DNA of 64,000 nucleotides, from positions 2,604,001 through 2,668,000 of the forward strand of contig OZ037772.1 of NCBI GenBank assembly GCA_964035545.1, given 5' to 3'. The translations under genes were made by a program, and so were the position numbers. How positions within the stretch are numbered: the stretch's first letter is position 1; each line of letters opens with the position of its first letter. Below the pieces are notes generated by a model. It was not told the origin of the DNA. It worked only from the letters and a program-made list of their open reading frames with translations, and did not search any database. This stretch comes from Bugula neritina (taxonomy: Eukaryota; Animalia; Bryozoa). Below are positions 1 to 11,115 of the stretch, piece after piece.

Positions 1-1105
1 ACAGTATATTATGTCATACAGTATATGCTATGTTATACGGTATATTATGTTATACAGTATATTATGTTATACAGTATACTACGTTATACAGTATATTATG
101 TTATACAGTATACTATGTTATACAGTATACTATGTTATACAGTATACTATGTTATACAGTATATTATGTTATACAGTATATTGTGTTATACAGTATATTA
201 TGTCATACAGTATATGCTATGTTATACGGTATATTATGTTATACGGTATATTATGTTATACAGTATATTATGTTATACAGTATACTATGTTATACAGTAT
301 ACTATGTTATACAGTATACTATGTTATACAGTATACTATGTTATACAGTATATTATGTTATACAGTATATTGTGTTATACAATATATTATGTTATACAGT
401 ATACTATGTTATACAGTATACTATGTTATACAGTATATTATGTTATACAGTATATTATGCTATACAGTATACTATGTTATACAGTATATTATGTTATACA
501 GTATACTATGTTATACAGTATACTATGTCATACAGTATACTATGTTATACAGTATACTATGTTATACAGTATATTATGTTATACAGTATACTATGTTATA
601 CAGTATACTATGTTATACAGTATACTATGTTATACAGTATATTATGTTATGCAGTATACTATGTTATACAGTATATTATGTTATGCAGTATATATTATGT
701 TATACAGTATACTATGTTATACAGTATACTATGTTATACAGTATACTATGTTATACAGTATACTATGTTATACAGTATACTATGTTATACAGTATATTAT
801 GTTATGCAGTATATTATGTTATACAGTATATTATGTTATACAGTATATTATGTTATACATTATATTGTGTTATACAGTATACTATGTTATACAGTATATT
901 ATGTTATACAGTATACTATGTTATACAGTATATTATGTCATACAGTATACTATGTTATACAGTATATTATGTTATACAGTATACTATGCTATACAATATA
1001 TTATGTCATACAGTATATGCTATGTTATACAGTATATTATGTTATACAGTATATTATGTTATACAGTATACTATGTTTTACAGTATATTTTGTCATACAG
1101 TATAC
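1..1105. repeat. Minisatellite, 17-bp unit (TTATACAGTATAYTATG)n
   Basis: Direct tandem repetition; the three overlapping 369-377 aa ORFs are the 17-aa periodic translation of this unit. Confidence 0.97.
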
Positions 1106-2344
1106 AATCATTCACCACCATGTCAGTCAAATAATATAATATAAAGTATATTATGTAGCAACAGCTGGGCTGTGGTGAAACTCTACCAGTCTAAATGCTT
1201 ACATGCAGACATGCATATTTAATTAATTCAAACATTTTAAAAATGAACTTAAAACTCAAGAATTTAAAATATGAAACAAAATAATGTGTCCTATAAAAAT
1301 AGCACTAGATTTTAGAAGCAAGTATTTTACACTTGAACATGCAGAATTTGTACAGCTTATAATGATGACATTGTTGAATTGATACACACCTCTGATTGGA
1401 TGGGTTTTACATAATAAAACAATCGTTCATCACTTTTATTATTAGTCTAAGGTTGACAATAATTTACACTGTTATAGTTATTGGTTGTAAACTGATTAAT
1501 TCATCATTAAGTACTTGTTTGCTGCTGCCTGGTTTATCACTGCTCATCATGATTTTAATAACAAGGAAATTATCTTCTCCTGTTGTCTCCAGGTGCTACT
1601 GTATTTGACAGGTTTCCCTGTTAATAAAGTAATTTTATACTGTTACTGATGACATCAACAAATACTTGTGTAGGGAAACAATTGACCTTTTTCTACAACA
1701 GGAAAAGAATTGGTAAGACACGTACTAATAATATTACATACTTTATTTCATCAATTCACTTATCCTTAATCTAATTGATCAAAAGCTATTTGCATGTAGG
1801 CTATTTTATAAATTGTTCTTAAAACTAATTTGAGTGTACCTATACAATACTAGGTTTATATGACTGTAGTATATTGCTGAGTGCACATAGGCAGTGTCAA
1901 TAATTATAGTTACTGTAGACTTTGCTCTTAGTGATCTGGTTGGAATAATTTACAGTCCAGTTCTTCGTGATGGAAAATTTTTATCTGCGGAGCAACTCTA
2001 ATTGAGAAACTGTTATCTAAAGTTTGTTACTTCAAGTACTATATAAATATTATTAGCAGCTTGACATTTGTTATCATTAAGGAGTGTTTAATATGAATAT
2101 AATACTTGAGATAAACATTCTCATGTGATATACTGCAACCTAAAGTTATATCATATGACTTGACTATCTCTACTAGAGTTAGGGTGGGTCACCTGACAGC
2201 CCACACATATCCATACACTGCAACACATACTGTAGGAATACTGGCACAGCTGAAGCTAGGCTGGCTAATAAGTATGGAGTAGTTGACCCAGCAGTTAGAT
2301 ACTTTGTTATAGAGACTCTAACTTTCTAGTAGTAGAAATAAAAG

Positions 2345-2768
2345 CAAGAGTGTCCAACCTTTTCAGAAGGAGGGCCACTACAGGAAAGCAATTAATACTT
2401 CATGACGAAGGCCATATTGGACACGTTAGCTTGCTCTGATAGCCACAGCATCAGCATTTTTAAATTTACTTTATTCCAAATTCCTATAAATCACTACACA
2501 ATAAAGTTCCAATAGTTACTGTTTTATAGCATGTGTATAAGTAAGACATTAGAAAGATAGCTTCTCACTCTAATCCATGTATACATGTGAAATATTTTTT
2601 TAGTTTTTTGCTTTTGAGGGCCACATATAAATGTAGGCTGGGGGCCACTTAAATGTAGGCTGGGAGCCACATAAATGTGGGCTGGGGGCCACATAATTGT
2701 AGGCTGGGGGCCACATAAATGTAGGCTGGGGGCCACATCCGGCCTGGGCCGCCTGTTGAAAAGCCCTG
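2345..2768. mobile_element. Degenerate hAT-like MITE with internal ~24-bp GGGCCACATAAATGTAGGCTG repeats
   Basis: Ends CAAGAGTGTCCAAC ... GTTGAAAAGCCCTG resemble hAT CAGGGGTGTCCAA termini; GGGCC subterminal motifs; no clean TSD. Confidence 0.5.
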
Positions 2769-3417
2769 CTTTAAATAGTTGGTATAATTATAAGTATGCC
2801 AGTGACCTAAAATTTAATGGTCACTCTAGTGTTACTTTACACTTAACACAATTCAAATATTGTATATAATAATCTACTATACTCCATTAGTATAGTATAG
2901 TAGTTGTCACCACCTGCAGGATGGTCACATGACCACTGCTACTTCTCAGACAGTTTACTAAATAACAGAATAAGAAGAATGATAGCTGATCAGATGTATA
3001 ATAACATAGTTTATCAGTTCACTTGAAGTCTTAAATTATTTTTGTTGAAAGTTAGTCGCTTGCATTTTAAAACTTGTTAATAAAACTATTATAACTATAC
3101 AATACTAGGTTTATATTATGTGACTGCAATGGAATATTTACAATGAAATTTACAGTCCAGTTCTTCGTGATGGAAATTTTTTATCTGCAGAAGAGCTCTA
3201 ACTGAAAAACTGTTATCTAAAGTTTGTTACTTAAAGTACTATACAAATATTATTAGCAGCTTGACATTTGTTATCATTAAGGGGTGTTTAACATAAATAT
3301 AATACTTGAGATAAACATTCTCATGTGATATAATGTAACCTGAAGTTATATCATATGACTTGACTATCTCTACTAGAGTTAGGGTGGGTCACCTGACAGC
3401 CCACACATATCTACACT

Positions 3418-4449
3418 GGTGTCAGGTGATAATGGTACAATTGGCAAAATAGGTAAAACTATATAGCACATTTTCAATATTAAGGTTTGAGGCAGGTTAA
3501 GTAGTTAAAAAGAAGTTAAGGTTTGAGAATGAGGTTCTTAGTTTGGGGTTTGGGTTTTGAGTTTGTGGTTTACCCTCCTAATTACGCTTAACGTACTGTA
3601 CGCCATAACAGCAAATTTCAGCCATTCCTGGTATAAGTTGCAGTGTTAATCAAGCACTGCTTGGCTCAAAAAATCACACCAGGCAGAGTTGATATGGTAC
3701 TATAAAATTTAAAAAGTCCTTTCCGCTGGTTTGTTTTACTCGCTTATTGTTGATTTAATTTAATAAATTCAAAAGTTTCAAAGGATTAAAATATCTTTTT
3801 CCCCTTGCTTGAATTAAATTCAGCTTAAAAATGTAGATTTCACTAATTACTAAAGTATGCAAACCAACAATGTAAAAATTAATTGGACAGCTTAAATATT
3901 TTTATTATTCAAATTAGTTTGCACAATTATATATTTAATAGACACATATATTTAAAGGAGAGGTTTCTTTTTTTAAATGCTTTTATCTAGTCAAGAACAT
4001 TATTATCACATTTTTTGAAAATAATGTTGCAATAATTTGTGAATAATATTCAAAGGAGTACAAGTAACCGCAGACAAGAATTAGCCTTATTATGATTGGT
4101 CATAGCTCAACGTCATGCGTTGTACTTTTCTCAGTGTGTGACGCATGTCGACCAAACGTAACAGCAGGGCAATTTTATTTTTACCGTACGGTAAGTGTGA
4201 ATAAGGGGTTAGAGTTGAGGGTTTGAGTTTGGAGTTTAAGAAAACTTATAAACACCAGTAAGCCATTTTTTCCTGCTAGGCTTTTTCCATTTGTGCCCTT
4301 GATACCAGAACCATTATTACCTGCGTGCCATTCTACCTGCGTGCCATTTTATTTGTGCCATTTTATACCTGTGCCAATTTACCTGTGCCATTATTACTTG
4401 TGCCGTTATTACCTGTGCCATTTTGCCTCTGCCATTATTACCTAAAATC
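3418..4449. mobile_element. Non-autonomous DNA transposon (MULE-like by 9-bp TSD) inserted into copy 2 of the triplicated block
   Basis: Interrupts sequence that is contiguous in copy 3; flanks ATCTACACT (3409-3417) and AACTACACT (4450-4458) match 8/9; degenerate TIR GGTGTCAGGTGATAATGG vs CCATTATTACCTAAAATC; TTACCTGTGCCA subterminal array 4310-4445. Confidence 0.55.
3573..4208. mobile_element. Old piggyBac-like MITE nested in the previous element
   Basis: Imperfect ~30-bp inverted termini TTACCCTCCTAATTACGCTTAACGTACTGT vs ACCGTACGGTAAGTGTGAATAAGGGGTTA; CCC...GGG ends next to TTAA-like flanks. Confidence 0.4.
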
Positions 4450-5321
4450 AACTACACTACATCACATGCTGTAGGAACACTATGGCACTCTAATTGAAAA
4501 ATTGTTATCTATAAAGTTTGTTACTTAAAGTACTATACAAATATTATTAGTAACTTGACATTTCTTATCCCTAAGGGGTGTTTAATATAAATATAATACT
4601 TGAGATAAACATTCTCATGTGATATAATGTAGCCTGAAGTTATATCACATGACATGACTATTTCTACTAGAGTTAGGGTGGGTCACCCCACAGCCCACAC
4701 ATACAACTACACTATACACCACATGCTGTAGGAACACTGGCACAGCTGAGGCTAGGCTGACTAATAGGTATGGAATAGTTGACCCAGCAGTTATATACTT
4801 TGGTATAGAAACTCTAACTTTCTAGTATTAGAATATAAATAATTCTCTAAAGAATTGGTATATCAGAAAGAGAGTCACTCAACACCAATTAACTTGGTTG
4901 TCTCAATCAGAGCTGCTCTCTGTGTAGTTCAGTTTGTTTTAAAGGTTCTCTGAAGCTTCCCCAGTCTTTATGAGCTCTCTTTAGATATATACAATAGTTT
5001 TAATACAATACAAAGACAATCATTGTTAACACATGTTAAGTAACAGAACAGGAATAAGGCCTCTCTGATAGTTATTTGAATATCTACAAGAAGTATAACT
5101 AAATATACAATAATAACTACATATCTAGAAACATGCAGAATATTATACTAGAAGAAATCTCTTGTAACAAAGTATTGTTACATAACTGGAAGATAGAGAA
5201 ACTATATTTCTCAATTCAGAACACAATCTGCAATCAGCATTCAGTGCTGAAATTAAGCAAAAGCGATGACAGTTGTTATATGAATATAATAATATCATGA
5301 TGTAAATAATGATCATGATAT

Positions 5322-5626
5322 TGTGGTGGCTCGTGGAGCTACCAGCAACACAATACGCAAGGTTGCGTATTGACCCGGAACAATGTATTAGCCAATTAGC
5401 TAGGCTGTTTTATGAGAGTAGTAGCAGCTTCGCGCTACTAGCTCAGTTGAGGATAGTGCTGTAAATTAAATAGACGTGCGTATCATTACTGTTGTACATT
5501 AGATTTTATTATGTATTCTTGTATTAAAATATAACGATATCTACTCGACTTAACTCGGTGAAGTTTCTCTAGTGATAAATAGACTCTCTTGGTGGCACAT
5601 CAACCCTAAATCTGAAAATCATAACA
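5322..5626 (+). repeat. 5' LTR of copy A (305 bp)
   Basis: TGTGGTGGC...ATAACA, repeated at 12471, 16219, 23352 and (minus strand) 43862, 50617. Confidence 0.97.
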
Positions 5627-5627
5627 G

Positions 5628-5645
5628 TGGTGGCAGCAGTGGGAT
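5628..5645 (+). promoter_or_regulatory. Primer-binding site complementary to the tRNA-Leu 3' end (TGGTGGCAGCAGTGGGAT)
   Basis: Begins 1 nt after the LTR with TGG; matches metazoan tRNA-Leu ...AUCCCACCGCUGCCACCA with one mismatch. Confidence 0.88.
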
Positions 5646-5659
5646 AGTGTATATCAAAG

Positions 5660-6526
5660 ATGGAGACTGAAAATACTAGAATGCAACCACCCCCAGTAGA
5701 AGGTGAGCGTAGAAATGCTGTTAATCCTGTGAATCGTGAGGGAGAAGAAGCTTATAGACATTGCTTGAAAGCTCCCACCTTTACTGGGTCGGAAGATGTC
5801 GAACAATTTATACAGAAATTTAGAGAGGTAATGGAGGTTGCTCAATGGCCGCATAGAGTGGCCCTTATTCAATTGCGGAGAGCGATGACGGAGCAAGCCA
5901 AGCCGTACGGAGTGGGAACGGACGTAGACGAAATACTGGCTGCGCTGCGGGCCCGTTTTGGCATCTCCGTAATAGACGCTAGGACCAAGTTAGAGAGATT
6001 GTGCCGCACCCCGCGGACCTCGCTGCAAGAACATGCCGCGACGGTGAAGAAGCTGGCGCAGATTGCATATAGCGATCGGCCAGCACAACACCAAGAGCGT
6101 TACACCTATGACGCCTTTGTCCAGTCACTAAACGACCTGGGCCTGGACCATCACCTACGAGCTAAAGGGATAACCAGAATAGAGGATGCCCTGAAGGCTG
6201 GAGAAGCTTACCTGTTGGCTACCCAAATGCATCGAGCACAAAGGAACCCACCAGTAGTTGGAGTCAGCGCTGCCAGGGCTACGACAGGTCCCGAAGCCCT
6301 CCCGCTGGAAGCCGAAGTGGACCGTATGGTAGAGATGCTGGGACAACTGGTAACCATTCTGGCCGGTGCTGGCCCCGGTCAGGCCCTGCGGGTGCCCCCA
6401 ACGCCTGTGGGGCAGGGCTGGAGTAGCGCTGATCAGGACCAGGGACAGAAAAGACGACCCCAATACCAGGGGGCGTTAAACTGTCACGGCCCGCGGACAC
6501 TCTCCCTCCCCGCGGGCCGCAACTGA
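5660..6526 (+). CDS. gag: Gag (capsid) of copy A, 288 aa, no CCHC zinc knuckle
   Basis: Gypsy capsid motif APTFTGSEDVEQFIQKF...W...L...A; located immediately after the PBS. Confidence 0.9.
   Translation: METENTRMQPPPVEGERRNAVNPVNREGEEAYRHCLKAPTFTGSEDVEQFIQKFREVMEVAQWPHRVALIQLRRAMTEQAKPYGVGTDVDEILAALRARFGISVIDARTKLERLCRTPRTSLQEHAATVKKLAQIAYSDRPAQHQERYTYDAFVQSLNDLGLDHHLRAKGITRIEDALKAGEAYLLATQMHRAQRNPPVVGVSAARATTGPEALPLEAEVDRMVEMLGQLVTILAGAGPGQALRVPPTPVGQGWSSADQDQGQKRRPQYQGALNCHGPRTLSLPAGRN
6475..6519 (+). promoter_or_regulatory. -1 programmed ribosomal frameshift signal (G_TTA_AAC, 5-nt spacer, 10-bp stem 6487-6496/6510-6519)
   Basis: Heptamer in Gag frame; CGGCCCGCGG/CCGCGGGCCG perfect stem; -1 frame open from here into protease. 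Confidence 0.8.
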
Positions 6527-9500
6527 AGGAATATGGTGGAACACGCCGTCGTCTGTCCGTACGGACACGACGGAACACTCCACCCGAGTGGCAGGTACCA
6601 CGCAGGACTAGTAGGCCCGCACAACGGCCAAGTACCTTCTCCCTGCCACTCGCTAACCGGTTTCACCGGTTACCTCGGGAAGAGGAGCCCGCCACTGAAA
6701 TGGAGCCAGAAGGCCCAGTGGAGAGGCCCGAACCCCGCCGGCACCAACCTCGCCGCCGGAAGCCCCGTAAACCACGGGTGAAACCCCCGCCGTCCTGTCA
6801 AACCAGGACAGCACATGCGGGGGGGGTGAAAGTACAACCACATGGAGAGAGCTATTTCCTACCCGGAAAGGTGGCCGGCAACGCCGTCACTTTCCTGCTC
6901 GACTCCGGTTGTACTACCAACCTTCTCAGTCGTAGAGTCTTTGAGGCACTGCCCCGCCGGGACAGGGATAGAGTACGACCGTATACGGGGGAACATGGCA
7001 CCCTGGCAGACGGGTCATGTATTCCCTTTTATGGTATTATCGAGCTCCCTGGGCGTGTCCGAGATCAGGCTGTACAGGAGACCTTTATCATAGGTCAACT
7101 GGAGGAAGATGCTATCCTCGGAATGCCCTTCTTGAAGCAACACCAGTGCCGAATAGACTTTAGTAAGTCGGTGGTGCTGATGGGCGGGCGAGAACTCGCC
7201 TGTGTGGATAAGTTTGGGCGTCCTCTGGTGGGCGGTGTTCAGGTAGTTCGAAACTGCACCGTACCCGGACGCTCCAGAGCTACTATCCACTGCCGAGTGA
7301 ACAGCAACCGGATAGCCAGGCTCGGGGTCGTTGAAGGCGCGCACAAAAGGATCCAACTCGCCAGTAGTTTAAACCGACTAACTGAGCGAGGGGAGGTCTT
7401 AGTGCAGTGTGTCAACCCCTTTACCGAGCCCATTGAGCTCCCAGCTGGGTCAATGCTGGGCCGGTTCCACTCCGTCCAAGAAGAGGACGTGGGCCCGTCG
7501 CTGGGTGACGCGACGGAGGCACCCCCTCGACACCCTATTCAGGGACGAGGGGCAGTCCCAACACATCTCCGGGAGTTATACGAAACAGCCAGTGGTGGCT
7601 GCGCGAGTAACCGAGAACGCCAAGCTATGGCTAAGTTACTACGCGACTACGGTGATGTGTTCAGCAGCGGAGAGCATGACGTGGGACTGACTGGAATTGT
7701 CAGACACGAAATACCGCTGACTGCAGGGACAGTCCCTGTCCGGCAGCCCACGCGCAGGCTGGGGCCGGAGAAAGAGAAGGAGGTTAGCTGACAAGTACGG
7801 GATCTTCTGGACCGGGGACTGATAGAGCCCGCCCATAGTGCGTGGAGCTCGCCAGTCGTACTGGTCCGGAAGAAAGACGGCAGTTGGCGGTTCTGTGTGG
7901 ACTACCGCAAACTCAATAGCGTAACCATACAGGACGCCTACCCTCTACCTCGTATTGACGAGTCATTGGACGCCCTAGCCGGCAGCAAGTACTTCAGTAC
8001 GTTAGACTTGCTAAGCGGCTATTGGCAGGTTCCTCTGAGTCCCGACGCCCAAGAGAAAGCGGCGTTTATCACACGGGACGGTTTGTGGAAGTGGAAGGTG
8101 CTGCCCTTCGGGTTAACCTCCGCCCCAGCCACCTTCCGGAGGCTGATGGAACAAGTCCTTAGCGGACTCCATTGGAAGACACTGCTGGTCTACCTCGATG
8201 ATGTCATCGTAATCTCTCCAGACCTCGAGACACATGTCAGTCGTCTGCAGGAGGTTTTCGAGAGACTCCGAGGTGCCGGTCTCAAGCTCAAACCTTCCAA
8301 GTGCGCTCTATTGCAGCCGGAGGTCAAGTACCTGGGGCACGTTGTCGGTCGAAACGGCGTGGCAACGGATCCCGAAAAGGTACGGGCGATAGAAGACTGG
8401 GTCACCCCCCAAGACTTGACCGGACTCCGGGCTTTCTTGGGGCTGGTAGGGTATTACAGGCAATACATACCAGACTTTGCGGGCATAGCCCAGCCGTTAA
8501 ACCGGCTCACCGCAAAGAGTGACGTGGCAGTGGACCCCAGTCGAACAAGAAGCGTTCGACCGCCTCAAGGGCTGCCTACTAACGGCGCCCATCTTGGCCT
8601 ACCCAGACCCCACTCTGGAGTACATCCTCGACACGGACGCCAGTGACCAAAATGTTGGCGCTGTGCTGTCACAAGTGCAAGAAGGCCGAGAGGTAGTAGT
8701 AGCCTACTACAGCAAGTCTCTCTCACCCGCTGAACGAAATTACTGCACTACCCGCAAGGAGCTGCTGGCAGTAATCAAGTCAGTGAAGCACTTCAGACCC
8801 TACCTATACGGCAGGAAGTTCCGGCTGCGTACGGATCATGCCTCGCTGATCTGGTTGTGCAGGAGAGCAGAGCCCTCTAGTCAGGTCGCCCGGTGGCTCG
8901 AAACCCTAGCTGAATTCTCATACCGGATCGAACATCGACCGGGCAAGAGACACAGCAATGCGGATGGGTTAAGTCGCCGACCTGACGGAGGTTGCAAACA
9001 GTGTCTCAACATCGAGAGGAGGGATGGAGGTCCCCCGCGATGCGAGTTGGAGACGCTGGCTCATCACGGAGCACCGTTTGACTGGGACCAAGGTCAACTC
9101 AGACAAAGAGTTGATGAGTCCCCGGAGGATGTACAAAACCTCCGCGCCAACCCTGTATTGGCCGGTAATGTTCGAGAGCTGAAGAAGCTCCAAGAAGAGC
9201 TGCCTGGAGTCGTGGCAGACATATACCGGGCCAAAAGGGAAGGGCGACGACCCAGCGAGGAACGCATATGACAGGGATGCGCCGAGTTCCGGCTATACTG
9301 TCAGCGTTGGGACTCGCTGCGGATCGGGCAGGATGGGTTGCTAACCATCTCTCTAGCTGCCAGCGGCAGACACCCGGAAAGGAAGAGGGTAGTCTGCCCC
9401 ACGGCCATCCGCCGTGAGTTGATTTGGGATACTCACAAACAGGCCCACGCAGGGGTCAAGAGAGTGATATCCAAATTACGACTCCGGTGGTATTGGCCGC

Positions 9501-11098
9501 AGATGGAGCGTGACGTCCGGCTCAGAGTCAAACAGTGTGAGATCTGCCAGGCCAGTAAGCATAGCCGCCCCCCTGGTGAAGCAGGACGGCGGAGGCTATA
9601 TGCTGGTAGGCCCTGGCAAGTAGTCGCTGTAGACCTGGTCGGACCCATGCCCCTGACCCCCAGAGGCAATAATTGGATACTAGTACTAACCGACCACTTT
9701 ACTAGGTGGGCGGATGCTCTGGCTATCCCAGACGCATCAGCCCCAACAGTGGCCAGGGCGCTAGACCAACATGTATTCTGTTATTTTGGGCTTCCCGAAC
9801 AGATACACTCTGATCAAGGCGCTCAATTCCAGTCTCAACTGATGAGCGACCTTTGCCACCTCTGGGGAGTAAATCAGAGCAGGACCACCCCCTACCACCC
9901 TCAAGGTAACGGGGTGGTGGTGCGCAACAACCGGATGCTAGGTGATGCACTCCGGAGTCTCCTCCTTGGACGAGGTCAAGAGGAATGGGATACGGTGTTG
10001 CCGCAAGTCATGCGTGCATACCGTAGCACCCCACACACCAGTACTGGTGAGACCCCAAACCTCTTGATGCTCGGGAGAGAGACTCCTGTCCCTGACCATC
10101 TCACCTATCACGTTCCAGAGCAAGACAACTCGGTTTACGAGTATGCCAGTGAACTAGTGGAACGGATGAAGGCCGCACACGAGATACTGCGTCAACAGCA
10201 GTGGAAGGTGCGGCACGAAGATTCCGATGAACCACCTCTCTATCAAACGGGAGATAAGGTGTGGATAGTCAATTACCGTAGGCGTCGCGGACAGGCTGAT
10301 AAACTGAAGCCTAAGTTTGTAGGGCCCTACGTGGTCGTCGAGACTATGCCCAATCATACGTACAAGATTGAGCGCTCAGGACAGGTGTCTATCCAGAATG
10401 AGTCTCGCTTGAAACCGTATTGGGCTAGCCCCGACGGAGTGGGAGAAGCCCCCCCGTTGTTAGAGCCCAGGAGGCAGACAACGACGCGCGGGCGACGGCG
10501 GCATGGACCTGAATACGAAGTGGTCATACCGCGGGAGGAAAACTTGGTGAGAGAGGAGCGGCAACTTTTGTCAACAGAAGCGTGTCCGCCACCGCCAAGT
10601 CTAATTCCATCACTTCCAGAAACCGAGCCGGTTCCGGAAGTGCAAACCCCCACAGAGGGAGGGGCTCCATCCGGAGAACAAGAAGAGCTGACCGCTAACG
10701 GTGAAGTAGAGACGCCATTAGAGGCCCCTACTAACGAACCGGCAAGCGTGTCACCCCCCCTAGAAAGGGGACAGCGTACGAGGAAACCCCCACCGTATTT
10801 GAAAGACTTCGTATGTGACTGCATTAGAAGCGGCGCACATGAAAGGCTAGGGGAAAACCGTACGATAAAATGTTGGAGTTGTGAACCCCACGCAAATATC
10901 AACTTTTGCGAGGGCGGAATAGTGGGAGGAATTAATGCGCGTAAAGCAAATAGTTCCGACCTCGTGCCTCAGAAACGATGCTCAGCCTTTTCTTATGCTG
11001 ACATCGCCAAAGGCAGACGTATCTCACAACCAGCTCCAACCTTACCAAGAACGTTGAGTATGGACATTAATACCGAGTTCCCAGGTAAGCCAGTATAA
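6475..11098 (+). pseudogene. pol: pol of copy A (PR, RT, RNase H, IN), disabled
   Basis: LLDSGC protease, LPFGL/YLDD RT, DTDAS RNase H, HHCC and DDE integrase; TGA at 7789 and 9269, 2-bp deletion near 8517, catalytic E replaced by V (GVVVRNN vs GVVERNN). Confidence 0.95.
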
Positions 11099-11115
11099 GT
11101 CTTGTATTCCTATTC

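Larger units (their letters stand above)
1945..4835. repeat. Locally triplicated ~350-400 bp block (copies near 1945-2340, 3148-3417 continuing at 4450, and 4488-4835)
   Basis: Shared strings such as AAGTTTGTTACTT, GAGATAAACATTCTCATGTGATATA and TACTAGAGTTAGGGTGGGTCACC occur three times. Confidence 0.85.

Noticed and set aside
11-1144. Three overlapping 369-377 aa Tyr/Ile/Cys-rich ORFs
   Set aside because: Translation of a stop-free 17-bp minisatellite in all three frames; no coding evidence
1612-1712. Possible isolated exon (CAG|...TTG|GTAAGA)
   Set aside because: No open frame or homology that I could support
6533-6781. 82-aa ORF in the gag frame after the gag stop (possible readthrough)
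   Set aside because: Stop codon differs between copies (TGA vs TAA), and the -1 frame carries the conserved PLxNRFxxL motif shared with D
10354-10902. 182-aa antisense ORF present in all three family-1 copies
   Set aside because: Overlaps the low-complexity integrase tail; retention is explained by high copy identity; no motif, non-ATG start
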